Positions 1 through 11,328 of a DNA stretch of 64,000 nucleotides are shown here, piece by piece. The DNA is from Aulosira sp. ZfuVER01 (GTDB lineage: Bacteria; Cyanobacteriota; Cyanobacteriia; Cyanobacteriales; Nostocaceae). How positions within the stretch are numbered: position 1 is the stretch's first letter; each line of letters starts with the position of its first letter. Location: the NCBI GenBank assembly GCA_034530615.2, contig JAVRCV020000059.1, positions 64,001 to 128,000 on the forward strand, in the 5' to 3' direction. A program made the translations under genes and the position numbers. The notes under the pieces were generated by a model. The model saw only the letters and a list, made by a program, of their open reading frames with translations, made no database searches and had not been told where the DNA came from.

Positions 1-1
1 T

Positions 2-1840
2 CAGCCTTATGACTTAAAAGTGAGTGGTGACAAACGCACCTATGGCGATTTGCGAACTCCAGAAGGCTTGGCTGATGTTGCCAAATATGCTGATGGTATT
101 GGGCCTTGGAAACGGATGATTGTTAGCGTCAAAGGTACTGATGCGAATGGCGATGGCAAGGCAGATGATGTTAATGGGGATGGAACAGTCAATGATGCTG
201 ACAAGACATTATTGTCTCCCACTACCTTAGTTCAAGATGCTCACAAAGCAGGGTTACAAGTTCACCCCTACACCTTCCGTAAGGAAGACCAGTATCTAGC
301 AGCAGATTACAAAGGTAGTTTAAATGCTGAGATCCAGCAGTTCTATCAATTAGGCGTAGATGCGCTGTTTACAGACTTCCCAAATATCGGGGATCAAGTG
401 CGGGATCGATTAAGCGATCCTCAATACAATATAGTGAGATCGCCACAAAATCCCGATGTGCTTTCCGGAAATGCCTTTGCTAATTTAGGTGGTTCCAAAG
501 GTTTTGAAGGTGGCGCAATCAATGCCAGCAAAACCAAGCTCTATATGCTGTTAGAGGGAACAGTTCAGGGCGATCCGACTGGTGCTTTACGGATTAACGA
601 ATTTGACATTGCTAGCCGCAAGTACACTGACAATAAACTCTACTACAAACTGGATAATCCGGCAAATGCGATCGGGGATTTCACAGTTATTAATGATAAC
701 GAATACCTAGTCATTGAACGAGATAACAGTCAGGGAGATACTGCTAAATTCAAGCGGATTTATAAAGTAGACCTGTCTAAAACCGATGCTAATGGCTATG
801 TAGAAAAACGAGAAATTGCCGATTTGTTAAACATTCAAGACCCCAACGACCTGAATGGTGATGGCAAAACAACCTTTGACTTCCCATTCCAAACAATTGA
901 AGATGTGTTAGTTATTGACAAAAACACCATTTTGGTAGCCAACGACAACAACTATCCCTTCTCTACAGGTCGTCCAGGGAACGATCCGCAAAATCCCGTC
1001 ATCGATAACAATGAAATTCTGTTGCTGAAGCTAGAGAAGCCACTCAACCTCGCTCCTGGCGTCGGTCAGCCCGCAGCCCTAGATCTCAAATTTGGTTCTA
1101 CAGGTAGCGATGATGTCACTCTTAAGCCTGGACAAGTATTAACCACGGGTGATGGTGCAGATAATATAGAAGCTACCAATGGTAACTTAATTAACGCTGG
1201 TGCTGGTAATGACCTAGTACAGGTAGGAAGTAACTCTTCTGTTCTTGGTGGTGACGGTGACGATAATATCGTCGTTGGTCAAAACGGCCCTGCCAGTGGT
1301 ACTGGTGTCGATGGTGGCAATGGTAAAGATACCCTTGTTGTAGCTGAAGCTAATGGTCGTAACAATCTATTTGGCGGGGCTGGTGCTGACACTCTCGTAG
1401 TTATCGAGGGTTCAGGTCAATTACAATTTGGAGGTTCTGGCAACGACGTTATCACTAGTGGCGGTAGCAATAATCGTCTTTACGGTGGTTCCGGCTACGA
1501 CATACTCAACTCCAATACCAAAGACTCCCTCTTTGGTGGTGATGGTGATGATGTACTGTTTGCTGGTTCTGGAGGTGGTAATCGCCTGACTGGTGGTACT
1601 GGTGCAGACCAATTCTGGATTGCAAATGCTAGCCTCCCAATCAGCAAGAATATTGTCACCGACTTTACCCCAGGAATTGATGTGATTGGGATTGCTGGTA
1701 TTGGTGTTACTCAGTTCAGTGGCCTGGCGCTGTTGCAACAGGGTGATGACACTTTGGTGAAAATCGGCAATACAGAAGTAGCTTCCTTACTAGGAATTAC
1801 CGCAAATACGTTGGCTACTAATAATTTTGCTTTTGCATAG
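2..1840 (+). CDS. C-terminal part of a multidomain secreted phosphatase-type protein: glycerophosphodiester phosphodiesterase domain + esterase-like/phytase domain + RTX Ca-binding repeats (5' end outside window)
   Basis: Frame open from window edge; GDPD motifs ([31 protein letters not shown]), phytase-like motifs (GFEG, LVIERD, ANDNNYP), GGxGxD repeats at C-terminus. Confidence 0.85.
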   Translation, partial: QPYDLKVSGDKRTYGDLRTPEGLADVAKYADGIGPWKRMIVSVKGTDANGDGKADDVNGDGTVNDADKTLLSPTTLVQDAHKAGLQVHPYTFRKEDQYLAADYKGSLNAEIQQFYQLGVDALFTDFPNIGDQVRDRLSDPQYNIVRSPQNPDVLSGNAFANLGGSKGFEGGAINASKTKLYMLLEGTVQGDPTGALRINEFDIASRKYTDNKLYYKLDNPANAIGDFTVINDNEYLVIERDNSQGDTAKFKRIYKVDLSKTDANGYVEKREIADLLNIQDPNDLNGDGKTTFDFPFQTIEDVLVIDKNTILVANDNNYPFSTGRPGNDPQNPVIDNNEILLLKLEKPLNLAPGVGQPAALDLKFGSTGSDDVTLKPGQVLTTGDGADNIEATNGNLINAGAGNDLVQVGSNSSVLGGDGDDNIVVGQNGPASGTGVDGGNGKDTLVVAEANGRNNLFGGAGADTLVVIEGSGQLQFGGSGNDVITSGGSNNRLYGGSGYDILNSNTKDSLFGGDGDDVLFAGSGGGNRLTGGTGADQFWIANASLPISKNIVTDFTPGIDVIGIAGIGVTQFSGLALLQQGDDTLVKIGNTEVASLLGITANTLATNNFAFA

Positions 1841-1930
1841 TGCGGTGATTGTCACTACAACTATTTACAGCTTAAATTTAATTATCAAAATTAGTTAGAA
1901 TTTGTTTAGGCTGTACTAATTTTTCTCGAT

Positions 1931-1957
1931 GAGGGAGTTATACTCCCTCTCTTTTTT
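1931..1957 (+). terminator. Intrinsic terminator
   Basis: GAGGGAGT-tat-ACTCCCTC hairpin followed by T-rich run. Confidence 0.7.
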
Positions 1958-2528
1958 ATCTATTATTAACTAAATCTTAATCTAAAAATTTGGTGGGATT
2001 ATTGACATTACTTGTGGAGTAAACAACAAGGATCTGGAAACAGGAAATAAGGGATGTATAGGTGTAACTGTAGTTATAAAAGTCATGAAAATTAGTTATT
2101 TATCTATGATTGTTGGCGCTGTTACAGCCCATATAATTTAAAGCATCTAATATACATCAAGACCTTAACCAAACTACAGTAGTCTACCTAGCAATAAGTC
2201 TTTCGTTCTTGAGAGAGGCTTGTTTTCGTTTTATGCTGCAACATCATTATGTGATGTAGCTTACTACTCAAAAATTTTCAAATTTTCTCTGGAGTCGGAA
2301 TATAGAAAACAAAATTAAGTAAGTGGTCAGGAAAAAAGAGAACTATATTAGGAAACGTAAATATAATTGAAACCTTTACTAATGACAAAGGACAAATGAA
2401 AATGGCGAATTTCACTAATTAGTTTTATTTATGTCAACCCACTTAAAAGCTAGGTAATGATTCAAGGTATCAAAAAATTAGTTGTTTGCAAAACTCAGAT
2501 TTTCTGCGCCACCAGTAAGAGGTAATCT

Positions 2529-3728
2529 ATGGTGCAAAATTCAAAACTAGTGTACAGATTGTCCCCTAAGTCTATTCTGCGTCCATCCATTTTGATCGGT
2601 ATAATTGCATCTTTATTGGTTGGCGGCATCAGCTTTTATACAGTGAAACGTTGGCAATATTCTGGCAATTTAGAAGCACAAGCAGCAGCCAAAAAATTAC
2701 CAGAAATCAAAACGGTAACAGCTTTGGGAAGATTAGAGCCAAAGGGAGAGATTATTAAACTTTCTGCTACTGTCTCTACACAAGGTAGCCGAGTAGAGCA
2801 GTTGTTTGTGAAGGAAGGAGATACAGTTAAAAAAAATCAGGTAATTGCCATCTTAGATAGTCGCGATCGCCTGCAAGCAGCTTTAAAAGAAGTCGAAGAA
2901 CAAGTAAAAGTAGCTCAGGCGAATCTGTCTAAGACACAAGCAGGAGCCAAACGCGGTGAAATCCTCGCCCAAAAAGCCGCGATCGCTCGCCTTGCAGCAG
3001 AACGCAAAGGCAATATCGCAGCACAAATTGCCACAGTCGCCCGCTTGCAAGCCCAAGTGGAAAACGCCGCAGCCGAAGACAACCGCTATCAGCAGTTGTA
3101 TCAGCAAGGAGCAATTTCCGCTTCTCAAAAAGATAACAAACGCCTCACTTTAGAAAAAGAGCGCAAAAGTCTCCAAGAAGCTCAAGCACAGTTACAACAA
3201 ATTCAATCGGCTAGTCAACAACAACTTAAAGAAGCCACAGCCAATTTAGATCGAATTAGTGAAGTTCGCAGTGTAGATGTTGCAGCAGCTAAAGCAGAAG
3301 TAGATCGTGCCCAAGCCGCCATGAATTTAGCAAAAGTAAATTTACAACAAGCTTACGTGCGATCGCCTCAAGATGGACAAGTATTCGAGATCCACAGCCG
3401 TCCAGGAGAAATAGTCTCAGATGATGGGATCGCCAATATTGGGCAAACTAACCAGATGTATGCTGTAGCTGAGGTTTACGAAAGCGATATCAGCAAAGTA
3501 CATCCAGGTCAGCGAGTACGAGTAATTAATGAATTTCTCCCTCATGAATTGCAGGGAAAAGTCGATTGGATAGGCTTACAGGTGCGGCGACAAAATGTCA
3601 TCAATACAGACCCTTCTAGCAATATTGATGGCCGAATTATTGAAGTTCATGTGCGACTAGAGCCGACTTCCAGCCAAAAAGCTGCCAAATTTACCAATAT
3701 GCAAGTCAAAGTTGTCATTGAACTATGA
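2529..3728 (+). CDS. DevB-family ABC exporter membrane fusion protein
   Basis: N-terminal TM, VTALGRLEP motif, long coiled coil, VAEVYESDI; precedes DevC/DevA-like genes. Confidence 0.9.
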   Translation: MVQNSKLVYRLSPKSILRPSILIGIIASLLVGGISFYTVKRWQYSGNLEAQAAAKKLPEIKTVTALGRLEPKGEIIKLSATVSTQGSRVEQLFVKEGDTVKKNQVIAILDSRDRLQAALKEVEEQVKVAQANLSKTQAGAKRGEILAQKAAIARLAAERKGNIAAQIATVARLQAQVENAAAEDNRYQQLYQQGAISASQKDNKRLTLEKERKSLQEAQAQLQQIQSASQQQLKEATANLDRISEVRSVDVAAAKAEVDRAQAAMNLAKVNLQQAYVRSPQDGQVFEIHSRPGEIVSDDGIANIGQTNQMYAVAEVYESDISKVHPGQRVRVINEFLPHELQGKVDWIGLQVRRQNVINTDPSSNIDGRIIEVHVRLEPTSSQKAAKFTNMQVKVVIEL

Positions 3729-3774
3729 CATCAAATGAGGTGACAAAACACTCTTACATTTACTTAGCACTTCA

Positions 3775-4950
3775 ATGATGGGACTCATCGAACAACTGCG
3801 ACGGCGAACACCTCTAGGATGGCTACAACTGAGTCATGAAAAAAGTCGCCTGCTGGTAGCATTGTCAGGCATTGCTTTTGCTGATGTTCTAATGTTCATG
3901 CAATTTGGCTTTCAGAGTGCTTTGTATGACAGCAACACCAGACTACATCGCAGTTTGCTCTCAGATATCGTAGTTATCGGTTCCCAAACCCGTAACCTGC
4001 AAAGAATATCTACCTTTTCTCGCCGACGACTTTACCAAGCAATGGATATCCCAGGCGTGAAGTCAGCAGAGGGAATTTATATTGGCACAATGATTTGGAA
4101 AAATCCTCAAACACGACGTGACACAGAGATTCTCGTGATTGGGTTTAATCCAGACAAGCCAACATTTGACGTACCAGAAGTTAATCAGCAGTTGCAGGTA
4201 ATTAAACAACCATATACCGTCTTGTTCGACCGTGGTGCTAGAGGAGAATATCAAAAAACAATTGCCCAACTTGAACAAGGTAAACCTGTAAAGACCGAAA
4301 TCGAACGCCGGACGGTAACTATTAGTGGTTTATTTAAAGTCGGGGCTTCCTTTGGGGCTGATGGCACATTAATGACTAGCGATGAAAACTTTCTACGGCT
4401 ATTTCCCCAACAACTGGCTGGTAATGTCAGTGTCGGTTTGATTCGGTTGCAACCAAGTACTAACCACCAGCAGGTAGTAGCAGCATTAAAATCTCATCTG
4501 GGAAATGAGGTCAAAGTGCTGACTCATGAAGAATTCATTGAATTTGAGAATGATTTTTGGCGAAGAAACTCTCCCATCGGATTTATTTTTAACCTGGGTG
4601 TTTCGATGGGTTTTTCCGTAGGAGTGATTCTTGTGTATCAAGTTCTTTCTACAGATGTGAATGCCCATGTAAAAGAATATGCCACTTTTAAAGCAATGGG
4701 ATATCGCAATTTATACTTACTGACTGTAGTTTTTGAAGAAGCAGTAATTTTAGCTGTCTTAGGCTTTATACCCGGAACAGCAGTATCTTTAGGACTTTAT
4801 TATCTAACTTGCAATGCCACAAATTTACCAATGTACATGACTGCTACCAGAGCTTTATATGTGCTATTTATTACTTTTGTTATGTGTGGAATTTCTGGGG
4901 TGATCGCTACTCGTAAATTACAGTCTACAGACCCCGCTGATATGTTTTAA
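3775..4950 (+). CDS. DevC-family ABC exporter permease
   Basis: TPLGWLQL, GIAFADVLMFMQ, EYATFKAMGY, DPADMF. Confidence 0.9.
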   Translation: MMGLIEQLRRRTPLGWLQLSHEKSRLLVALSGIAFADVLMFMQFGFQSALYDSNTRLHRSLLSDIVVIGSQTRNLQRISTFSRRRLYQAMDIPGVKSAEGIYIGTMIWKNPQTRRDTEILVIGFNPDKPTFDVPEVNQQLQVIKQPYTVLFDRGARGEYQKTIAQLEQGKPVKTEIERRTVTISGLFKVGASFGADGTLMTSDENFLRLFPQQLAGNVSVGLIRLQPSTNHQQVVAALKSHLGNEVKVLTHEEFIEFENDFWRRNSPIGFIFNLGVSMGFSVGVILVYQVLSTDVNAHVKEYATFKAMGYRNLYLLTVVFEEAVILAVLGFIPGTAVSLGLYYLTCNATNLPMYMTATRALYVLFITFVMCGISGVIATRKLQSTDPADMF

Positions 4951-5020
4951 ATGTCATTTGTCCTCTTTGTCTTCCTTGTCTCCCTTGTTCTCCTCAACCC
5001 CCAATCTCTAGTCCCTACCT

Positions 5021-5719
5021 ATGGCTAGCAAACCAGCGATCTCGATTCACAATCTCGACCACTACTTTGGTCATGGTCAACTCCGCAAGCAAGTTTTATT
5101 TAATATCAATCTAGAGATTAACAGCGGTGAAATTATTATCATGACTGGGCCATCTGGTTCTGGTAAGACGACACTTCTCACCTTGGTAGGTGGGTTGCGT
5201 TCTCCCCAGTCTGGTAGTCTGCGGGTATTGGGACGAGAACTCTGTGGTGCTAGTACTCAGGAATTAGTAGAAGCTAGACGCCGTAACGGTTATATTTTCC
5301 AAGCGGATAATTTGCATGGTAGCTTGACGGCACTGCAAAACGTCAAAATGGGTTTGGAATTGCATCAGCATCTTGAATTAAGTGAAATGCGCATTCGCGC
5401 AGCCCAAATATTAGAGCAGGTAGGATTAGAAAATCGCCTGCATTACTACCCCGATCAGTTATCGGGAGGACAAAAACAACGAGTAGCGATCGCCCGTGCT
5501 TTAGTCAGTTATCCGCAAATTGTCTTAGCTGATGAACCTACCGCCGCTCTTGATAGCCAGTCAGGTCGTGATGTCGTCAACTTGATGCAAAAATTAGCTC
5601 AAGAACAAGGCTGTACTATCCTCATGGTTACTCATGACAACCGTATTCTCGATATTGCCGATCGCCTGGTGCATCTCGAAGACGGAAACTTAAAGTCAAA
5701 AGTTAAAATTGTCAACTAA
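5021..5719 (+). CDS. DevA-family ABC exporter ATP-binding protein
   Basis: Walker A GPSGSGKT, LSGGQ signature, LADEPTAALD. Confidence 0.92.
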   Translation: MASKPAISIHNLDHYFGHGQLRKQVLFNINLEINSGEIIIMTGPSGSGKTTLLTLVGGLRSPQSGSLRVLGRELCGASTQELVEARRRNGYIFQADNLHGSLTALQNVKMGLELHQHLELSEMRIRAAQILEQVGLENRLHYYPDQLSGGQKQRVAIARALVSYPQIVLADEPTAALDSQSGRDVVNLMQKLAQEQGCTILMVTHDNRILDIADRLVHLEDGNLKSKVKIVN

Positions 5720-5973
5720 AAATATAAAATTAATAATAATTCTTGATTTTTACTAATTACCCATTGTGGCAAGAAAATTTTTATAGCCACAGCAAAAGCT
5801 GCTGCATATTTCTAGACCTTAGCAGAATCCTAAAGTGTTTCCTAAGTAACAGTCAAACTTTCTTTGATAGAGTACTAAGGAGCCTCAACAATTTGGCAAT
5901 AGTTCAAGAACCTATGCGGTTTTGTGGGTAACAGCAATCTTTCTGACACCAAAACCAAGGTGCCAAATCTACG

Positions 5974-6960
5974 ATGATTGAAAACCTGTTCCATGCTTAT
6001 ACACCTCTGTTCACCTGGATTGGCTTAGGACTAGTACTGTCTCGGTTTATCCCTGAGAGTTTTCTCAAATTACTGGGGTATATGCTCTACTGGGTAGGAG
6101 TCCCCCTACAACTTTTCGTGCTAGCACGCCACACCGATTTATCTCATGGTGGACTAATACCTGCGATCGCAGTAGTCATATTATTGCTGAGTCTTGTCCT
6201 AGCATTGCTAATTTGGTGGGGGTTACAATCCTTAGCCAATCGAAAAGTGCCAGCAGAACCAATTGGTTTAGATTTGCCCGAAACTTCCTTATCTAGTGTT
6301 AACTCCTTAGCAAGGGCAAGTTTAGGCAGTTTTATCTTGGCGACAATTTTAGGCAATACAGGCTTTGTCGGTTTGACACTTGCACAGGTGCTGACTGGCC
6401 CAGCAAATATGGATTGGGCAGTATTATTCAGTGTCACCAACAATGTTGTGGGTACATACGGCATTGCTGTTTTAATCGCTAGCTATTTTGGTAAAAGAGA
6501 AACCAAAAACCATTGGTGGATTCAGTTGCGGGATTTGGTAACTGTCCCTAGCTTATGGGCATTCTTTATCGGCTTGAATAGTCAATTTATCAAATTGCCA
6601 ACAGTAGTTGAGTCAGGGCTAGAACAAGCTGTCTGGGTAGTAATCGCTTTTGCTTTATTGCTGGTTGGTTTGCGGATGAAAGCCATCAAGGGGTGGAAAA
6701 GCCTAAAAATGGCTTTAGTTGCCAGTATGTTAAAAGTTCTGATTGTGCCTATGCTGGTGGGCTTAAGTGCTACCTATTTAGGTGTGATTGGCGAAGCCCG
6801 TCTAGTACTGGTACTGATGTCTGGAACACCCACAGGGCTTTCTGTATTAATTCTGGCAGAAGTTTATGACTTAGATCGGAATTTATTAGCGAGCAGTATT
6901 GCCTTAACTTTTGTCGGATTACTTCTAGCACTTCCTCTATGGCTTGCCTGGTTTAGCTAA
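5974..6960 (+). CDS. AEC (auxin efflux carrier) family transporter
   Basis: ~10 TM segments, LGNTGFVG motif, AEVYDLD near C-terminus. Confidence 0.8.
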   Translation: MIENLFHAYTPLFTWIGLGLVLSRFIPESFLKLLGYMLYWVGVPLQLFVLARHTDLSHGGLIPAIAVVILLLSLVLALLIWWGLQSLANRKVPAEPIGLDLPETSLSSVNSLARASLGSFILATILGNTGFVGLTLAQVLTGPANMDWAVLFSVTNNVVGTYGIAVLIASYFGKRETKNHWWIQLRDLVTVPSLWAFFIGLNSQFIKLPTVVESGLEQAVWVVIAFALLLVGLRMKAIKGWKSLKMALVASMLKVLIVPMLVGLSATYLGVIGEARLVLVLMSGTPTGLSVLILAEVYDLDRNLLASSIALTFVGLLLALPLWLAWFS

Positions 6961-7242
6961 AATTTGTAACAGTATAAAAATAATTCCTGAGAGTGATAGA
7001 TTAAACTAAATAAACAGTTAAACTAAGCGTTGTTCCCGGGATAGCTTTGGCTTAGGCTATCTCATTTGCTAGTAAAGCTAGATTAATTATCGTTCCCGAT
7101 TCTTGACAACACAGCAATTAGAGTTTAGTCTCTGGACAATTTACCGAGATTTATCTTTTTACAGAACATTTACTTCCATGAGGAAACACGAGTAGTAGTA
7201 AGCTAGTCTGTTGTCCACAGAAGTAAAGTTTTTTGTGGCTCT

Positions 7243-8178
7243 ATGACTATCAAGAATCGCACTAATAAATTTCAAAAAAAGTTGCTTGGTTTTAATATCA
7301 CAGGTTTTACAGCCAATCGCTGTACAGCAAATTTGTTTATGGGAATGTTTGCCGCGTTCCCTATAGCCTTTGCATTGCCTGTAGATGCATTGCAGGTAAA
7401 GGTAAATCCTAATAATCCTCAGCTGGGAGATACTATCTCAGTAACGATTAATTTAGATAATCCTGAGAATGCTAAGAATCCCACAGTGGTTAGCGGCGAT
7501 AAGACATATCCTGCATTTGAAATTGCACCCAATCAATATCGGGCGTTGATTCCCACAACTCCCCTGGAAAAGGCTGGAACCAGAACACTCCGAATTTCAG
7601 AGGATGGTCAGGTACAAAACCTATCCGTGCAGGTACGAAATCGTAAATTTCCCGTACAACGAATTAATTTACCACCTGGAAAAGCTGGGTTAGAAGCCAC
7701 AGAGTTAGAACTCAAACGTGTGGCAGCTTTCAAAGCACTACAAACTCCCGAAAAGTATTGGGATGGCAAGTTTGTGCCACCAAATAGCGGGCGAGTGAGT
7801 ACAATTTATGGTGTACGCCGCTACTATAATGGTAAATTTGCCAATGACTATTACCATCGTGGTGTTGACTACGCTGGGGCTGCGGGTTCACCCGTGGTTG
7901 CTCCAGCGGCGGGAAAGGTTGCTTTAGTAGGCAAAGTATCTCAAGGATTCCGGGTTCACGGTAATGTAATTGGCATCGATCACGGTCAAGGAGTAACCAG
8001 TATTTTCATGCACCTAAGTCGCATTGATGTCAAAGAAGGCGATGTTGTCAAAGCTGGTCAGCTAATCGGCGCAGTAGGTTCAACAGGTGCTGCCACTGGG
8101 CCTCATTTACACTGGGGTCTGTATGTCAATGGACAATGTGTCGATCCAACACCTTGGCGCACTAAGGTTGTTGAGTAG
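7243..8178 (+). CDS. M23 family metallopeptidase
   Basis: HRGVD and HLHWG zinc motifs. Confidence 0.9.
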   Translation: MTIKNRTNKFQKKLLGFNITGFTANRCTANLFMGMFAAFPIAFALPVDALQVKVNPNNPQLGDTISVTINLDNPENAKNPTVVSGDKTYPAFEIAPNQYRALIPTTPLEKAGTRTLRISEDGQVQNLSVQVRNRKFPVQRINLPPGKAGLEATELELKRVAAFKALQTPEKYWDGKFVPPNSGRVSTIYGVRRYYNGKFANDYYHRGVDYAGAAGSPVVAPAAGKVALVGKVSQGFRVHGNVIGIDHGQGVTSIFMHLSRIDVKEGDVVKAGQLIGAVGSTGAATGPHLHWGLYVNGQCVDPTPWRTKVVE

Positions 8179-8299
8179 CAGAAATAAGATTGATCTCAAC
8201 TGTACATTATTTGTATATTATTTTGCCTATAATTAGGCAAAATAAACTAGATTGGTACCGTCCCTACCTTGCTGCGGTGGCTTAAAGATGATTAGTGTT

Positions 8300-8842
8300 A
8301 TGAGTATTGAAAAAATTGTAGAACAAGCTCTCCAAGATGGTTATCTGACACCAGCAATGGAAGCAGAAGTCGGGCGCATCTGTGATAACGCCTCGGAACT
8401 CTCAATAGAAGAGTATATGGCGCTGGATCGGCTAATGGGAGCGCTACTGACTGGCGAGGTTGTGGCGGTACCTCGCAAACAATTCATTAACGTCATGGAA
8501 GAGTTGGTACTAACAGAAGCGATCGCTCGTGTAGCAGAAATTGAAGCTACTAGCGAAAGCTCGTTAGACGTTGGGGATATTGCAGCTTACGCTCTCAACC
8601 GCCTTCCTCCGCTATATGCCACTACCGAAGAAGGTGCTAACTACCAGCGCCAAAGAGCCAAGGCAGAACTTCAAGAATTAATTTCTCACCAAATCGGTGA
8701 AGCGATTGGTCGTAACCTTGACCAACCCAATGACAACAGAACGCCAGTCTTGGGCAAAAGCACTGGTAACGAAGTTTTACGTCAAGTCAGTAACTTGCTC
8801 CAAGTTTATGCACCTGCTTTTGAGCAGAAATCTTCATCTTAA
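8300..8842 (+). CDS. cdgR: ComFB-family protein, c-di-GMP receptor CdgR-like
   Basis: INVMEELV...DIAAYALNRLPPLYATT ComFB motif; recalled Nostocales synteny M23-cdgR-LDT-sigG. Confidence 0.8.
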   Translation: MSIEKIVEQALQDGYLTPAMEAEVGRICDNASELSIEEYMALDRLMGALLTGEVVAVPRKQFINVMEELVLTEAIARVAEIEATSESSLDVGDIAAYALNRLPPLYATTEEGANYQRQRAKAELQELISHQIGEAIGRNLDQPNDNRTPVLGKSTGNEVLRQVSNLLQVYAPAFEQKSSS

Positions 8843-8895
8843 GAGTCAAGAGTCAAGAGTCCATAGTGAAATGACCCTTGACCCTTGACAATAAA

Positions 8896-9693
8896 TCATT
8901 CCCTGACTGTAACTGGTGTCCCCACGCTCACCTGCGTGTACAGCAATCGGACATCAGGATTGCGCATTCTTAGACAACCGTGAGAAATAGCAGTTCCCAT
9001 AACGTTAGTATCTGGCGTACCGTGAAAGCCAATTTCGTTGTGTCCATCTGACCAAAAACCAATCCATCGGTCTCCCAGAGGACTATCTTTACCTGCGGCA
9101 AATACTTTATCAGTGATGGGATGACGCCATACAGGGTCATGTTGCTTGTGCATGACTTGAAAGGAACCTGTAGGCGTTTCCCAACCTTTCTTACCCACAG
9201 CAATTGGGTAGCTGGCTATCACCACATCTGAACGGTAAACATAGGCACGGCGATCGCTTAAATCAACCACCACTTGCCTCTTAGCGTCTGTCAGCTTACT
9301 AGTATTTAATAATTTTTGTTGCGCCCAAGCTTGAGGTAACAAGGACTGCGGCAAAAACGACAGAGTTGGGTTCTGTTTTTGTTCTAGCGAGACGAATCTA
9401 GTCTTTTGCGACTCATCAGTTGCTAGAGCTACATTTTTGCTGGCTATTTCCGACTTAGTATTATGAAGCTTTATTGCTAAGGGCTTGGATGTAGCTATCC
9501 TTCGTTTGCCTTCACTGGGTGTTTGAGATGCTTCTCCTTTAGATGACTTCTGGCTTGTTTTCGTGGATGCTAGCTGCTCATACTGCTTTTCTGCTGTGAT
9601 CGCGCGCCAATGGACAAGCAAAGATAAGATTGCTGTTCCAAAACAGAGCCACATTATTATCCGCGTTACAGATTCATTTCTGACCATTGCCAT
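8896..9693 (-). CDS. L,D-transpeptidase (YkuD/ErfK family)
   Basis: VVVDLSDR, AVGKKGWETPTG, GFHGT...SHGCLRM catalytic motif. Confidence 0.9.
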   Translation of the reverse strand: MAMVRNESVTRIIMWLCFGTAILSLLVHWRAITAEKQYEQLASTKTSQKSSKGEASQTPSEGKRRIATSKPLAIKLHNTKSEIASKNVALATDESQKTRFVSLEQKQNPTLSFLPQSLLPQAWAQQKLLNTSKLTDAKRQVVVDLSDRRAYVYRSDVVIASYPIAVGKKGWETPTGSFQVMHKQHDPVWRHPITDKVFAAGKDSPLGDRWIGFWSDGHNEIGFHGTPDTNVMGTAISHGCLRMRNPDVRLLYTQVSVGTPVTVRE

Positions 9694-9924
9694 CACCTTT
9701 TGTTGATCCCTGACATATCCAGTTGGCTTATTCGATTTCTTCACCGTTAACTCATCAAAAATTTATCAATACTTCTTAGTTTCCTTATGAATCTACTAAT
9801 ACCTGTGGGCACACTAAGGCTATGCAGAAGTCCTAGCAAGAATAGCTCTAAATAAGAGACTTTATTACTTGGAACTCTTGAGGTGCAGCAATCAATCATT
9901 AATGGTGTGGGTGGGAGTAAGACC

Positions 9925-10077
9925 ATGTTTGAAAAACTATTGCTAGCAGTCACGATTACATTTTCCCTTAATTTCTTTTTGCAAGTTCGTGTACCCAATC
10001 AAGATAAGACTGGTGCTAATTATCAGCAGCACACAGAAACATCAGCAACAATTTTAGTCACAAGACCAGATAAATAA
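9925..10077 (+). CDS. Small secreted/membrane hypothetical protein (50 aa)
   Basis: GGGAG RBS before ATG; signal-like MFEKLLLAVTITFSLNFFL. Confidence 0.6.
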   Translation: MFEKLLLAVTITFSLNFFLQVRVPNQDKTGANYQQHTETSATILVTRPDK

Positions 10078-10444
10078 AAGTCCTAGCAGTTACAGCAACC
10101 TAAATTCCAGCAATTGCTGTCTTCTCGATAAAATGTTGCGTATCTGAAACTTGGTAGATTTTTCTAATTTGGGTAAAAATCCTAAATTTCTTTTTTTTGA
10201 TCCCAATAGTAAAATTTTCTTTATCTGCTCTATCTATTTTTGACTTTTATGTCAAGCGTATAGTGCCAGATGTCAGTGATAGCACAAATGTACGTAACAT
10301 TGCTGTAATTATAGCGTCTGCTAGATTATGGTTAAAAAGCTTGCTGTGCAATAGCTATAGTCAAAAAAAGAGTTCCTAAATTGCCAGAGTTTTACTCAAA
10401 CTTATATACCTCATTGTTCCACTAATAAATCCGTCCTCGATGTA

Positions 10445-10472
10445 GGAACTTCTTGCCGATTAGCAGGTCTAA
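10445..10472 (+). promoter_or_regulatory. ECF (RpoE/SigG-type) autoregulatory promoter
   Basis: GGAACT-N16-GTCTAA just upstream of the ECF sigma gene. Confidence 0.75.
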
Positions 10473-10504
10473 TAGTAAGGGATGATTTAAAGCCAGTGCG
10501 ATCT

Positions 10505-11161
10505 ATGAGTCAATCGATTACTGTATCCTGGTCAACGGTTGATGCGAGGTGTCCGGAAGCATCAGTGCAAGTTGACAAACTCTCTAATCACGATTTAATT
10601 CTGCGCTGTCAAGCTGGACTGCGTCCCGATCGTGCTGCGTTTGCAGAATTATTGCGCCGCTATCAGAGTCAGGTCGATAGGGTGTTATATCACCTAGCAC
10701 CAGATTGGGCTGACAGAGCCGATTTGGCACAAGAAGTTTGGATTCGAGTGTATCGGAATATTAACCGACTACAAGAGCCAGCTAAATTTCGGGGTTGGTT
10801 AAGCCGCATTGCTACAAACTTGTTCTATGACGAGTTGCGTAAACGCAAGCGGGTTGTTAGCCCTTTATCGCTGGATGCTCCCCGCTCGGTAGATGATGGT
10901 GAGATGGATTGGGAAATTGCTGGAGATACTCCTGGCCCAGAGGAAGAACTGACAACTAGAGAATTTTACGAGCAACTGCGAGAAGCGATCGCTGATTTAC
11001 CAGAGGTGTTCCGCACTACGATTGTTCTCAGAGAAATCGAAGGGATGGCATACGAAGAAATTGCCGAAATCACTGGAGTTTCCTTAGGAACTGTCAAGTC
11101 GAGAATCGCCAGAGCTAGATCTAGATTGCAAGCCCAGCTGCAAAATTATCTAGATTCATAA
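10505..11161 (+). CDS. sigG: ECF RNA polymerase sigma factor SigG
   Basis: DLAQEVWIRVY, FRGWLSRIATN, region 4 YEEIAEITGVSLGTVKSRIARAR. Confidence 0.9.
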   Translation: MSQSITVSWSTVDARCPEASVQVDKLSNHDLILRCQAGLRPDRAAFAELLRRYQSQVDRVLYHLAPDWADRADLAQEVWIRVYRNINRLQEPAKFRGWLSRIATNLFYDELRKRKRVVSPLSLDAPRSVDDGEMDWEIAGDTPGPEEELTTREFYEQLREAIADLPEVFRTTIVLREIEGMAYEEIAEITGVSLGTVKSRIARARSRLQAQLQNYLDS

Positions 11162-11328
11162 TCTAAAGTATCTTTCCTCTGCCAAAGGGGAGAATTTAAG
11201 CATTAATTAATAATAGTTAATCATTGTCTAAAAGGCTTAAATATAGCTCACGATAGGGAACAAAATTGATGAATTTCTCAAAAATATTCACTGTCTTTAC
11301 CCGTGTATGAATTGGTAATAATGTTAAG

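Noticed and set aside
2316..2446. Possible MITE upstream of devB-like gene
   Set aside because: Terminal inverted repeats too degenerate to support from one copy
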